A stretch of DNA of 64,000 nucleotides from Magallana gigas (taxonomy: Eukaryota). The position numbers were made by a program, and so were the translations under genes. This document shows, piece by piece, positions 1-13,509 of this stretch (the first letter of the stretch is position 1; each line of letters starts with the position of its first letter). The notes under the pieces were generated by a model. That model did not search any database. It was not told the origin of the DNA and saw nothing but the letters and a program-made list of their open reading frames with translations. The DNA lies in NCBI RefSeq assembly GCF_963853765.1, contig NC_088854.1:58466001-58530000 (forward strand). The letters run 5' to 3'.

Positions 1-559
1 TTTGGACGCCTTCTGCTTCATACGGACCATGAAGTTATAGTTGTACTGACGGTGGGTATCCAGCCAGCGGTCGATGTAGACGGCGATGTACTTCACCGTT
101 TCGTCTCTCTTTTTGGGCTCAGCAGTTTGGGTTCCAGCAGCCATGGTGACGATTTTCTCGAGGTTGAGTCCAGAGTGGCCGCTCAGCATTCTCCAGACGA
201 GACAAGGGACCTTGAAGAGGAATGCCATAAAGACCAGGATGATGGGCACCCACTGGTAGTAGGTCAGCTCCTCCTGGCGGCGAGTGTCGTGGTCCAGGGG
301 AATGGCTTCCTCCAGAGGGACATAGTACGTGTTTTTAATCCAGCAGTAGGATTTTGTATACGATACATACGACCCCGTAAACTGCGCCGGACACCAGCAC
401 TCGATGGGATTCCCTACGTACTGTCCGCCCCCGGTAAATACTGCAAAGATACACAGGAGCACCACGGTGTAGATGTGGTTGACTCGGTCCACCCAGTCGT
501 CGTCATCGTTACCCCGGAGCTTGTTCCAGCTCGCCCAGCTTCCAAAGATCCACACAACG
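1..559 (-). CDS. Innexin A, main coding exon (runs off the window start; 3' part missing)
   Basis: My minus-strand translation (not in the ORF track) after acceptor ttttcag|C at 559: VVWIFGSWASWNKLRGNDDDDWVDRVNHIYTVVLLCIFAVFTGGGQYVGNPIECWCPAQFTGSYVSYTKSYCWIKNTYYVPLEEAIPLDHDTRRQEELTYYQWVPIILVFMAFLFKVPCLVWR... It has the innexin YYQW signature and extracellular-loop-1 cysteines. Confidence 0.95.
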
Positions 560-2147
560 CTGAAAAACACACAAACAACAATGTTTTACTTGTACTGAAT
601 ATAAATAATTCGCGATGAATGTCATTTATCTAAACGTGTTTGGAGTGAAAATATTTTGGTATGCATTTTGTATATATTTAATGGTGAACTGAGCATGTGG
701 CCTTTTGTTCACTATATAATAGATACCAATTATTTTATGTTGTACACTTAAAATTACGTTTGTTGGGGTAGGGGTGGGGGATTTGGGGATTTTTTTGTTG
801 AGTGTCACACTAGAAAAAAAACTTGTTTTGCTTATGTGAAATCCTATTGCGTAAGGTTAACTCAATTTGTTTATATTGTGTTTTAACGAATGAGTTCATA
901 ATCATGTTAATGGAGATTATGGCTTAATTTTACGTAAGAGAGGGACATACATGAGCTGACGGCGTTATAGCACCTTTTAACAAAGGCGGCTAATTGCACG
1001 GGGCCCAGGGTGGTTTATTGCATTATAAACCGTCACAATGGTACATCAAAGAAGACCGGACACACTATTGTCTATCAATATTTAAAAAAAGCAACTTGAC
1101 CGGAAAATTCGGATGGTTTGTCGCACCTGCTTTAGGATAAGTAAATCTAGGGGCCATTGACAGGGTTTCATTTGAAATGACGATAAGTAACTTTTGAGTC
1201 TTTTTTATCCTCCTGAACTGATAAGGGCTGCGGTTTTGTTTGGACACGAAAATGTCGTCTGTCTGTGTAAGTAAGTAAATAAACTTGAATACCCTTATCC
1301 AGGAGATAAAGATGCCGAGGGTGCGTAGCGCCACATAATACTTTGTGCATCTATATACACCTACACATGGTCAACTACCCGAAGTAGACTACACTTAGAG
1401 AACAAATGAAGAATTCGAAAAATTTTACGGTCCTTTATAAAAAATACAGAATTTGTTTTGGTGTTTTATTATTGAGTAACGCTTCCGTAGCTTCGTGATT
1501 TACACAGAAATGTGTCAATCTCCTCTATAAATAACTGCATAGATTGACAAGTCGGTCCTACTTTTTTTTATTGAAATTTAATGACAACTGTCGAACCGTA
1601 CACAACGAATGGGATCATTTAAAATATATCAACTTGTTTAATTAAATCAGATAAGACGCAATATACACGCTATACAGAAATGTGTAACTATTTTATCTGA
1701 AGTGATGAAATGGGACACAATAGTAATACAAAGTACAGAGGTTGCGTGGATTAAATCGGGGTCGCGTAGGCATCGGCCCAAGTCATCATCAGGAGGTGAA
1801 AGAGTTACCTCCCATGTATCAACAGGTCGTTTAAAGCAAAATCAATAAGCTGCATTTTAATAGCATGTAGAAATCTTTTTCATTTGTTATTGGTATTTTC
1901 CGTGATATAAAAAATGCAGGTTTTTAAATTTCTGTTATTCATGGTGTTGTGGGGGTGAACCATTTAAAAGTTCTAAGTGAATGAAAATAAAAATGACATA
2001 ACTGTCACCCAGAACAACAGTTAATTTTTCTTATAACAAAATATATTTTACAGATGATAGGTTGATTTTTCCTCTACAAAATTGCTTACCAAGTTATTGT
2101 TTCTAGTTTTATATCATTAAGTTAAGTTTTACAGGCTGAATACTCAC

Positions 2148-2153
2148 CATATC
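2148..2153 (-). CDS. Candidate 6-nt in-frame micro-exon of innexin A
   Basis: Minus strand aaaacag|GATATG|gtgagta. The donor is near consensus and the length keeps frame (would give M-S-I-C-V-V-W), but the polypyrimidine tract is poor. Confidence 0.25.
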
Positions 2154-3230
2154 CTGTTTTAAAGCATTTTAATTTTTTTTAAATCAGGTTGTTTGTGCTT
2201 GTTTTTAAATAACCAAATGTTCTTTGTTTTCGTTATGTAATATACATTTATTGTATTCATAGCATTAAACAATGACTGCTATTAATTAAAAGTCAATAAA
2301 CATGCTCTACTTTTCACAGATAGGTATATCATGAATAAACAAAATAGTATGCAGAAAATGCCAAAACAGCCATATGTTTTCATTATTCAATTATTTATGA
2401 TCGATACATAAATGTCATTCAAAATCAAGATACTGAGTGAAATAAGTTATAGCTACATGCATAAATCTAAATTTATTTTATAATCGGCGGAATAAAACAG
2501 GAATTCTGACTTTAAATTATAACCATTATTTATATATTTTTCATCAGGTCCAAAATGGATATAGTTCTCCCTGGATGATTTTCACGCGCATTTACAAGTT
2601 ATTCACGTGCAATTAATGGGGCGCCCAGTGGGAGAATTGACAAGCTTACAGAGCTTTGTGAATATTTGGCCCCAGGCACAAATGTATTAGGCGACCTACA
2701 GTGTTGACACCTAGCCGCCGATCTTGACAGGGGCTTACATACGGTACAAATGTAGCAAATGATGACATATTTATGACGAGATGTATTCAATGTTCATAAT
2801 AAAGATTAAGTGTATAAAATACAAAATGAAGAGAAACTACCAATCGCCCAATATTTAAATCAAATTTAGAAAAGCCACATAGTTCAGCATATTGGTTATA
2901 AAATTTATTACAGATGATATTTTAATGATCAAATTGTCAACAAATGAACATTTTGATAATTACGCCTCATTTTGTATACTGCTGTACAAAATGAGGCTAG
3001 AGAAAACTCGAAACAATAACCGAGGCGTGCAAAACTGAGTCTAAACTGGTAAAACGACTTCTGAAAATGGTTGAAGGACTAAACATTTCAGTTTAACACT
3101 TGATACACCGCGTCTAACTGATCAACAGTGATGTACTCTTAAAACTAAAACGCCTATCGGCCATATCGTGTGAAAGTAGTTGTTTATGAATAGTACGTAT
3201 TACACAGAGAAAACTAAAGAGGAAACTTAC

Positions 3231-3235
3231 GACAT
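3231..3235 (-). CDS. Innexin A proximal start exon (coding part ATG TC only)
   Basis: Minus strand aaagctATGTC|gtaagt. Consensus donor in phase 2, matching the acceptor at 559 (TC+C = Ser, giving MSVVWIFGS...). No upstream ATG in the ~150-nt leader. Confidence 0.7.
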
Positions 3236-3379
3236 AGCTTTAGATGGTCACCAGCAGGACCTATGGGCTCTTCTGTTCCTCTTAACCGAAAGTTCTAAAG
3301 AAGAATCCCTCTGTTAAAACTGTGTACTGTAAAAAATTGTCGAAACGTTGCCCTGTCTTCTCTTTTCTCTCGTGTCGCT

Positions 3380-3450
3380 ACACTGAATGATTTGGAAGGA
3401 CCGAACCTAGGTGTCACTCAATTTCTAAACAGTTGAGGTTAACCAATCAG
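3380..3450 (-). promoter_or_regulatory. Putative core promoter of the innexin A proximal exon
   Basis: Initiator-like TCAGT (minus strand, 3386-3382) with a CCAAT box at 3443-3447, about 60 bp upstream. Confidence 0.45.
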
Positions 3451-4670
3451 AGCGCACCTCGGGGTTAAAGGGCATGCCCAAATTTTTGTCAGTGAAGAGA
3501 AGATAACTCGTCTATCAAAATAGAAATATGAGGTAAATATTTCGTAAGAAACAAATTTTTAGACGGAAAATTTCGTCAACACAATCAAATGCAAACTTAA
3601 CAATTTGAAACAATACTAATTTAAATTGTTAATAGATGTTAATGTTTGTGTCACTATTCTTTTTATTTGAAAATTAAAGTTTTACTAAACTTTGTTTAAC
3701 CAAATATATAACCATATATACTAAGTATAAATATATATATATATATATCAGTTCCAAAAATTATTATAATTTTGACAATTACATCCTTCAACTTCTGAAA
3801 AAAATAAGCCACATCCACTTATCTTAACATAAAAAAAAATTAATAGTAAAGATCCATAAAATTAGATTCGACCATAAACCACACGAGAATTTTTTTTCTT
3901 GTTTTCGATTTCCACTAAGAACGGGATTCGCCTATACAAATTTAGACCTGGGTACGTTTCGGTGATACTTAGAACTCAGTTAAAACATATACGTCTAGTT
4001 AATTAATATAAAAATGGAAATCAATTATAACAATGATTAATTTATATTTAACTTGCAATATGGATGTATATGAATAGAATGGCATTAATTCAACATGTAA
4101 AAAAGAAATCGCTCGGATGGATGTTAACTAGTATGATTTAATTCCATATGAGAACGTTTCTCCAATAATGTGTAAGGTATTAGTAAAACAATATATAAAA
4201 TTTGATAATGTTTCTATTCACATTTTCACTTACAAACCACTTTAGAGATAGTTGGAAAAAACAACCAACGAAAACAATAAAACAAATAAAAAAAAGAAGA
4301 CTTCTGTCCCACCCAAATTCGAATGTTTTTAACAAACCCATATAAATATTAATTAAAACTTACAATACCCACCCCCACTCCCCAAGTGAAAATTTAGAGG
4401 TTACGAACAGTATGATATTACCACATCATATTAAATGTATTTTCATTTATATGCATCATATATGAATTATTTCTTTTTAAAAATAAGATAATTTTTATGT
4501 GCATATACATAAAAAAAAATTACACAAATGATTTTAAATTTATCAACGTTTTAGATGTTTCTAAAAATCTTGTTTTTAACCTACGGAAAAATAAGAATTA
4601 TGATCAAAATCCAGAAGCCGTTTGTGTAGTGCGTAAATGGGCCTTGTGACAAACACTAATATAATCCAAG

Positions 4671-6329
4671 ATGGCGGAATCAACAACCGAACAAGCGATG
4701 GTAGCTGTTATCGAGGAAAAACTGGACATAAGTGATGGTGTAACGTCGGAAGACGAAGACTCCGATAATGAACAGGACTGGGAGAATATGGAGCTCCCTG
4801 TCAGGGACAAGAGAGTGCCCCCTCTCTTCTGTAGAACGTGTTTATCGCCGTACTTTGGCGAGAAAAGAGAGGACGGAAGTCACATTCTTACGTGTACTAA
4901 GTGTAAACGGACTCGGGAACTCACAACGGAGGATTTCCGAGACGTTCCCGTGGGGGAGAGGGATTCCTATGTAGGAGACGTAGTTTCCAATCGGTTCCGG
5001 CCTCTAATCGAAGAACAAAGACGGCTGAGGTCCATGGATTTGAGTGACCCAGATTACATAGAAGACGAGTTTAAAAAGTATTTCTATGTTTACAAACATA
5101 TACTTGATCTTATGACAGAGACTGTCAGTAACATGCATAAAATACTGGACGAGTACAGACACCAGTACAACGAGTCCATGATAAAGAGACTAGCTGTAGA
5201 GGCAGGGACCTTTGATGATATTACCATTGTCGTAACCGGGTCAAAAGAGACAAATGACCTACTTATTAATCCTGATGAATACAGCGTTCCCGTTGAAGTT
5301 TGTATACAGTGCAACGTGCAAGGAAAGAGAGGGATTCGGTCAGCTGATAAGTATGTATTAGAGGCGTGCATCACTAAGAAAATGGTAAATGAGATGCCCC
5401 TGTTTCAGCAGCGTTTATTTCATTACCATACAAGAGCCCAGTTTGCTCTCATGAGAACTCTTAGTGATAAAAATAAACACGGTAGTCAGAATGTTTCCGG
5501 AAAGAAATTAAGAAAAAATAGGAAAAAACTAAAGAATAAAGGTAAAGACGAGGACGATATTTCCGGACCCAAAGATTTTGTTAATTGCACAAACTCAGTC
5601 ATATATAAAATGTCTGTAGAGTTTGGAGAAAAGTTTAAAGTAGATCCCATGGAGCAATCATCAGAGGATGAATCTGAAGATACAAGTTGCAGCGATGTAG
5701 AAGAGGAGGGAGAACAAGGAACTGAAGAGTCCCAGGGATCCGATGTAGTTAAATATAACGGGGCCAGGCCAAAAGTGGACCACAAAAACTCGCCGGAAAA
5801 AGTCGAGCTACGCGCCATGATCAGGAAATACGAGAGAGAAATCGGAAGTGACGTCAAGGAAGAGGAGGAGAAGCGGTTTCAATCTGAAATTAGTTACATC
5901 ATCCCTTACATCATGAGAGACTCTGAAAGTGAAGTCGACCACGAGAAGTTCGACGTTCGCCATGTCAACAAGGCGTTTAAGGAGATCATGCGCGCCATCA
6001 AAAAGAGAAGCAACATGGAACAGCGCCACCGGAAAGTCGTGATGCTGAAACAGATAGAGAAAGCTGTCATGGAGATGACGGATCACGTGGATGATATCAA
6101 AGGGGAGATAATCCAGGACCTGCAAGAGGCCTACCGAGTGAAGATGATCACGTCCCATAGGGATAAGAAAGAGGCAGAGGATACCCAGAACGATCTGATG
6201 GTGTACAGGGACCTTCTATTGAGGTATCAGGAGACCTACGAGTTCGACAAGGCCGATGAAGTGATGAAGAAGGTGGATGTGTACCGGAAGCGCCTAAATC
6301 AGCTCCAAGAAGATCACCTCAAAGAGTAA
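4671..6329 (+). CDS. Intronless 552-aa unrecognised protein: acidic N-terminus, CxxC-x17-CxxC putative Zn ribbon, basic patch, helical/coiled-coil-like C-terminus
   Basis: 1659-nt open frame in AT-rich DNA. Start context ccaagATGGCGG (YY1-like motif, good Kozak). CRTC...CTKC motif, KKLRKNRKKLKNKGK basic patch, AATAAA at about 6422. Confidence 0.8.
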   Translation: MAESTTEQAMVAVIEEKLDISDGVTSEDEDSDNEQDWENMELPVRDKRVPPLFCRTCLSPYFGEKREDGSHILTCTKCKRTRELTTEDFRDVPVGERDSYVGDVVSNRFRPLIEEQRRLRSMDLSDPDYIEDEFKKYFYVYKHILDLMTETVSNMHKILDEYRHQYNESMIKRLAVEAGTFDDITIVVTGSKETNDLLINPDEYSVPVEVCIQCNVQGKRGIRSADKYVLEACITKKMVNEMPLFQQRLFHYHTRAQFALMRTLSDKNKHGSQNVSGKKLRKNRKKLKNKGKDEDDISGPKDFVNCTNSVIYKMSVEFGEKFKVDPMEQSSEDESEDTSCSDVEEEGEQGTEESQGSDVVKYNGARPKVDHKNSPEKVELRAMIRKYEREIGSDVKEEEEKRFQSEISYIIPYIMRDSESEVDHEKFDVRHVNKAFKEIMRAIKKRSNMEQRHRKVVMLKQIEKAVMEMTDHVDDIKGEIIQDLQEAYRVKMITSHRDKKEAEDTQNDLMVYRDLLLRYQETYEFDKADEVMKKVDVYRKRLNQLQEDHLKE

Positions 6330-8581
6330 AAATCCGCCTAGACCTAGACAGAGTGTTCCTGTGGTGCATGGTAGTGTTAGAGGCACTATGATTACGTCAT
6401 TAAGGCACCAGGGTTATACTAAATAAAGAATATTTATTTGTGAACTTACTTACGGGCATTATTTATTTTCAGAAAGTTGCATATACATCTTTTGTTTGCA
6501 TGTTATTATGGACTTGTGTTTAATTTATTTACCAGGTTAGGGCGTTATATTTGAAATTACTTTCCTATATTTATAAAAGTACATTCTTGTAAGTATTTAC
6601 CATAATTCTGGTGTGTATTTGTGATGGACAGTGTTTGGGGACACGTGCTCCAATCAGTGTATTACCTGTCATCATCAGAGATTGGAATACACAGGGGATC
6701 ACTGCCATATGCTAGATTTTGACGCGTATTAAAGTATAATAGTTAACTAGTTGTTTTGCAGAGTAAGACAAGGGCATCTGATAGCTCCGTCACATGCTTG
6801 TTTACGGGGGCACACGTCTCCCTCTGTCCGTGTATTGGATTAACCCCAGTCAAAAGATGGCCAAAGTGATTATTCATGTTTCTTGCCAATGATAGATGTA
6901 GATCTTGCAATGACTAAGTGTATTTTGCTGTACTTTTATGATATTTAAAACGGGTACTTGAACTTCATTTGTGTTCTTGTATAAGTTGTTTATGAATGTG
7001 ATGGTGCTTGCTTTTTATACATACCTCAATGATATTTCTCTGTATACATTTCCTTAAAAATGTCATGATATTACATATGTAGTGCTATTACTATGGTTAT
7101 TTATTTTATTCAAAAATTGACTTGTTGGTTTCCTTGTAATCCAATACTCATTAACTTATCGTACATGTACTGTTTGTTTTATCCTCTTTGAGATGTAAAC
7201 CCAAATTATAATAATTTTTCCACCCATTCAGTAATCACCAGGCAACAGTGGACACCGATTTTGAGCGAGCGTTTTGATCTGTCTGTTTCGGGTTTAAAGT
7301 TTTATTATGATGTATTAAGGGCCATTTTTAGGCATTTTATTTGTTTTGATTTCCCAACAAACAGTGGGTTTAGACCAACTGCTTTGTATGGATGATGGAT
7401 TGTTATGAACTCCCCGTTGTTCTGTTTTTATATTGCTTGTTCAGAAATAAATCACTGACCTTTGGTAGCCTTTTTATCTTTGAACGCGTTAATTTTGTGC
7501 TTCTGGCCGGAAGCTGGGTTTAAGGAACTTTACGCCTCGGAGGCTTTGACCTCCCCCTGGTAATCGTCGTCACGCCGTGTATGCAGAGCATAAGACACAT
7601 AGCCGACCCCTTAGTCCCTACTTAAGTGTAACTTCACGTAATAAGATGCCACTTAATAGCTGTGATGTGATATTCTTGATTCAAGTTTTTATGAGTTTGC
7701 TTCACAGAATACATACCATTGAAAGTTAATTAAGCATTTGTGAAATTTTATGTCTATGGAAATTCAGCGATATTTGTATATTTTTATCGCCATAAAGATA
7801 CAGCACTGTTCGTGTTCCGAGAAATGGTGGCGAAATTTGTTAATTTTGAAATTACTGGAAGAGTTATTCGTTTACTTTATTTGAACTTCGACGCCAGAAA
7901 TTCCTTTTCATATCTATATAGTTCAGTCATGTTGTAAATGACAGTTCCTTTCAATCTCCTGGAGTTCAGACCCCCCCCCCCCTACTTTCTTCCGTTCCTT
8001 TATTAATGAGAGAAAGATGAAGCGTTTCTGAAATGAACAAAAAAAAAAGAAAAAAAGAAATGTCATTGAAACTTAAAAACATGTTTTTTCTTTTGGCTCT
8101 TTTGATAAATGTCCATCTTTTACATAAAAGGAAAATTATGATAAAACAATTAAAATCGTGAAAGATATCTAGCATATTCTGCTGAAATTCGTAGCAGCTC
8201 TGAAACCATGTGAACTGATTTCAGATAGGATTTAGAACATTATTGTACAGTTGTATGCATCACAAGATAGGATCACGCAATATGAAAAAGAGTGCTCGTC
8301 CTAATTGTTACCACTGTCGCGAGCGAAATAAGAGCGAGGTGTTGAGTTTCTTTAGTAAAAAGGGTGGGGTACAGGAAACGAGGAATGCGGGGCCTCGATT
8401 GTACTGCATCGCAATAAAGCAATAATGACTGCATGGCAATGTCCTCAAAGTTTGCTACGTGCAGAAAACAGCACACGTTGAACTCCGGCCAAATCTGTCC
8501 CTAGAGTAGGACTGGGGGTGAAAGAAAGCGAAATACTTTATCACTGAGTAAATGTTTCCTGTACGATAGTGTGGCCGTTAC

Positions 8582-8610
8582 CTCAATGCGTTAGTTACCT
8601 CAATCGCCAT
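8582..8610 (-). CDS. Candidate alternative start exon of innexin A (MAIEVTNALS)
   Basis: ATG GCG ATT GAG GTA ACT AAC GCA TTG AG|gtaacg: 29 nt, phase 2, compatible with the acceptor at 559. Confidence 0.3.
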
Positions 8611-11291
8611 AAAGCATTCCTTTGCCTAGGAACACTCCTTTGGTCTTTTTTACATCGATTAATTGTCATATATATCCCTGTATCTACATATTGCCGCTTG
8701 AAGAAAAGCCCAAACATCAGAACACACAGAATTTATATCATTTCCCTTTTCTCCATCCTTGGCGCTGATTCAAGGTGGGGGGGGGGGTGCTTATACAGAC
8801 CAGACGACTTCCAAATGTTTAGTAACTTTAATAATTAATTTTACTCAACATATATGATTCTGTAAGATGATATTTTGTTCAAGTTTAACTGAATAATATT
8901 ACGAGTTAATAAGAATAATACATGTAGATACAGTCTAACATAATGTTAAGTGAACGTTTAGAGAATATTTTTGCTATTTTCAATTTCTGATGTTTTTTCA
9001 CATCCGCAGAAAACCGCAGAAAAAAAATCAACCACAGAAAATAAGCGTTATACGGTGTACCACTGTAAAGTAGTTTTTAGATAAGTATTAAATGTACGCA
9101 GGCGCCCTTATTTGAATGGATATTGAGTACAACAGATTTCTTCCGGGTAGATCGTATATCAGAATTACGTAATCTGTTGAAGAACTTGATAGACTAGTCT
9201 TAATTCATCTTTTAACCTTCATAATGTCACGCACAAGCACAGTGCACAAACTACGAACCATATTCAGTGCACTCTTACTATCGCCCATTGACATCTCTTT
9301 TCTCTCTCGAACGAAATCAAATTTTGATTGATTTTCAATTTTAAATCATAGATGCATTTGCAGATAAACTTTTTTACCAGCTTATATTGTGATTGATCGA
9401 TTATTGAACAAATTAATATATTGTATGCAGAGATTTTCATTATATTTGAATTATGATTTGATAATATAACGATAATATATTGAAAACCGACGATTATCTA
9501 GTACTAGTATGTTTTGCTTTAACACGAGAATATTTCAGGCTCTTTCATAACAACCAACATTTCTTGTAATAAATTGTATTTTTTTTTCTTTTGGAGAATA
9601 TGAAACTTAATTTAATTCATTTAAATATCAGAATAAGATCTAGAAACATAGCCTTCGCTTATAGCCTTCTAGACTCCTAATCTACCACCGATCCAACGAA
9701 CAGAGCAAGCAGCCTTTCCACAGATATAGCTCCCCCCGGGAAGATGGTCAGATAGGAACCGCTTAGTCAGCTGATGTTCCGGTCTGATCAGCTTTGGGTC
9801 TATGATACGAGGTGACTTTATTCCAACACCCGCGGCCTTTCGTAGCGTGGGCCTAATGGAACAATAACCCAGAAATACTGCCCACTCTGTAACATTTGGT
9901 TAATGGAACTCCCCGCCACGGGGAAATCATCTACCCGGTCTATATTGATACAAAGATAACCATCGAAAGGATTTTATTAACCTTATTTTAATATCGCTCG
10001 GTCATGGGTTAAGTTCAGATATCATATTAACATTATAAATGTAAATTCGAAATTTCTATTTTTTGACAAAATTTATCACTTCTAAAAAGTTCAGGCCAAG
10101 GTTGTGAAATGTAGCGTGGGGGCCGGAACGGGGGTCATTTCATTTCAAACATGCACGGCGGACACATGACCAGCCAGACTTTGAAGCCCAGATAAAGCGC
10201 CACCGCTGGGAGAGGAATTACTGTCCCAATCTCACGCAAATACACAAGTCAAAAGTCTATGCATGAATATCGCGCGTCCAGGTGAGAATTTCACCTTGCG
10301 TGACTCCAGTATCTATGAATGTTAATGAGTTCGAAGACCCAGAGAGACGTACGCCCATCATGCAGAAGAAAAATCTGTCTTGTTCCAAGGAAAGTCCCGC
10401 CAGGGTTGTAAAAAGTTTAATCGTTTAAGTTAACAGCATGTGAGTCTGGCTTATTATTTTGAGTCAGAAAATATTTTCAAAAAATGAATATATAATATAT
10501 GTCAGAGGGACAGTAGTATCAAAGCACAGCTTGATCATTTCTTCATCATATATAAAGCAGCATGTAAAAGATTAGGCATTACGAAATGTCTTATTAGGAG
10601 TGGCGGGTGAATAGAAATAGTAGAGCACATTCACAACCCTCTAAGCATCACAAAATAGTTTAACGACATCTGATTAACTCAAATTTTTATTGATCGTATT
10701 TGCAAAGAATCAATACTTAAGCTTTAAATTTGTACAGAGATGGATGGGGGTATTTATCAGGCCATTTCATAAGAACGAGTGTATGAATGTTTGGGGGCGT
10801 GAAATATATATCTATAGGTGTAACATAGATGGTAAGTGATTTCAAACCGAACTATCAGTATCAATAGTGAATACACAATTATAGTTTCCTTTAAACTGCA
10901 CCACGCTACATACATGTACATAACAAGTGTACAATGTACAGAATGGCAGAAAGATATTCTAGTTTTCGACTTGACTCTGCCCCGTCTTGGACCCTCCGAG
11001 GGTCAGTGGGCCAGTTCACACGAGTCCCTTAGCCCAGGGCTGTTCTATAAATAGAAACACATTACCGAAGAATCCACCTAATGGTCAGTGCCGGAGTCAG
11101 CGGTTCGTTTGATGGGAAGCTCTTAGATCAATATCGGTTATAATTATGGTACCCCCTCGCGCCTCGTCCCGGGGCCCCGGCAGACAATGACCGGAGCACT
11201 ACTGGACTAGAACTAGTTCTTGGCCATACCATCAGGCGCTGACCTGATGACACTTCCATTATCATTTTTTTAAAGACTGAAAAAGTAGAAC

Positions 11292-11406
11292 TGTCATGTT
11301 GCTAATTTTGAATTTACCGGGTGGCAGTTAATACAAAATTCACATTTTCATGCTGTGAATTTTGTATTTACTGCCACCGGGTATTTTCAAAATTAAGAAC
11401 ATGACA
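11292..11406. mobile_element. Palindromic MITE with TGTCATG...CATGACA ends (Ginger-like), TSD GAAC
   Basis: Nearly fully self-complementary 115 bp, with direct repeat gaac at 11288-11291 and 11407-11410. Confidence 0.75.
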
Positions 11407-13509
11407 GAACGAGCAGGCACACTCGAAATTTACATTAAAAGTTAAAATTCGAAGATTTCTGATCTTAACAATTCTCAAACGTTCTTTCCATTTATCAAGA
11501 GCGTTTTGTTAAAAGTTGCCACAAAGCTTCTCATGTATACGTACGATCTTACACAGTGAAAATCAAAACATAATTTGTTTGTACAGTATAATTCTTGAAA
11601 ATATCAACACTTAAGTAAACAAGCCCCCCCCCCCCCCCCCCCCCCCGCTTTTTTTCCTTGCCTTTCCAGAGATTTGTGTTGTGTTCACGAGTGAAGTGAA
11701 TACATTTGTTTCAGTCTCCTGGTTTTGACAAGATCTCGTCACATACAATGGAGTAATCGTTCTGATTAGCGGGCGGTTTCCACCCAAATAAGCATCAAAA
11801 TTATGCATCAGTTGCTAAGTCTGGCTTTTCTGAAGGCTAGTTGGGCTTGGTCACGTTATTTACACCTATCAGCCAGACAAAACCAATGGCCTTCACGCAT
11901 TTTTAGCAAAACAGAAGCTTTTATGCTGTAACGAAATCTCGTCTAGTTCATATGATGTGAATTGCTCGAAAATAAGATGCATAAAAACTAGCAAGACAAG
12001 CATAATTTTTCTGTGTGGTCTTTCATTTATTTTCTTCGTTCTTGAAGAGTATCTATTTTGAAGTTTTTTTGACTGGTTCAATAAACCACTGTTCCTTGAC
12101 TTTTTGTGCTCAAACAATGGTCTTTTGTAAAGTATCTCTTTACTACGACAACGTTGGGGGGATTAAAGTAAGACGCACCTAAATCCCCCCAAAAAGTCTG
12201 ATGCAAGACGCTGCTTAGTTCCGCCTCATTCAGCTTGAAGTGACCGATACCCCCAATTGGTCTAAGATGCGCAGGCGCAGACGAAGAAACTGAAACACGT
12301 GTTTAATTGGGGTTAATACATATTGAAACCCTGTAAAGATTTATGTCATAAGATAAAACTCTATTTTCTAATTATAGAAATTTTGTCGGTGACTTTTGAC
12401 ACCGTTGCTGTACAATGAACTTTCTTAAAATACTAATACATCCCTTCTTCTACAAATTCTTGAACAAATTTGAAGTCATCGTCCACTTAATGCATGTAAT
12501 AGAAACTTTGATGGGAGACGATTTGGTTTCCTTGGACTTCATGGCATGAAAAACAAATCAATTTTCCCTGGGTTTTTTAAACGTTTTATCAGCAAGGAGA
12601 AGCCAGTTTTTCCCAGGACGGCCGAAATCCACCAACAATGGTGACGGCGATCTGTATGCCTTGTGACAAAGCTTGGCATGGACTCTGTTGTTAGATTTTT
12701 TATGTGTGAGACTGGATTATCGCTTAAATTCTTCACATCTCAATAAAGTCTATAAACAAACACGCTCCTCCTGTGATCTCCCTCGTTATGGAAGAGTAAT
12801 GGAGTCCAAAGTGTCTAGCTTACCGGCTACCGAAACATGGACCGGCAGGGGTCCTTCAAAGTTGTACACACATCGCTGTGCCAAATTACTCAAAGGAACG
12901 CAAACTATAAAAAAAGTAGGACACGAACAAATGAGAGCAGTTCAAATGATACCTCAAAGATAAATCAGGTCAAGATCAGACCAGATACTCATGTCCTCAT
13001 ACCCTTCAGTCAAAATCAATTTCTTTGAAAAAAACCTGCATATATGTACATGAAATAAATAACGACTAGTATAATAATTTGTTATTAAAACATGTACAAT
13101 GCAACTCTAGACTGCTGCCCAACAATCTGACATCAATCTATACATTTATCTTGTTACTCGGGGTGTGTACCGGTAAGGCCATCACTGTATTCCAATGTTT
13201 CAGTGAAATATCTTTTTCATTATAGACACATGACCGTCTACATATGTACAAAACCATTTTAGGAAATGCTAGAATTTTTGTGTCTTTATAAAAACTGTTG
13301 AATTCAGAAAACAAATGCAACAAGTTATAGCAAAATCTATTATATACCGGTATATTATTACCTGCATGTAGATTTAAAAATTGTTGATTTTCATTAATCG
13401 AATTTTATATTTAGCTCATTGATATGTTGTAAAGTGAAGTCTCTGTGACCGAAACGTGGGTGGTTCCATTGGGTATTTACTATTACTGTGCGGATGTACA
13501 AGTGTTCGT

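Noticed and set aside
52-618. 188-aa plus-strand ORF (also the plus-strand ORFs at 26209, 35607, 35744, 35984, 49484 and 49718)
   Set aside because: Antisense shadows of GC3-rich innexin and IgGFc exons on the minus strand; no independent protein features.
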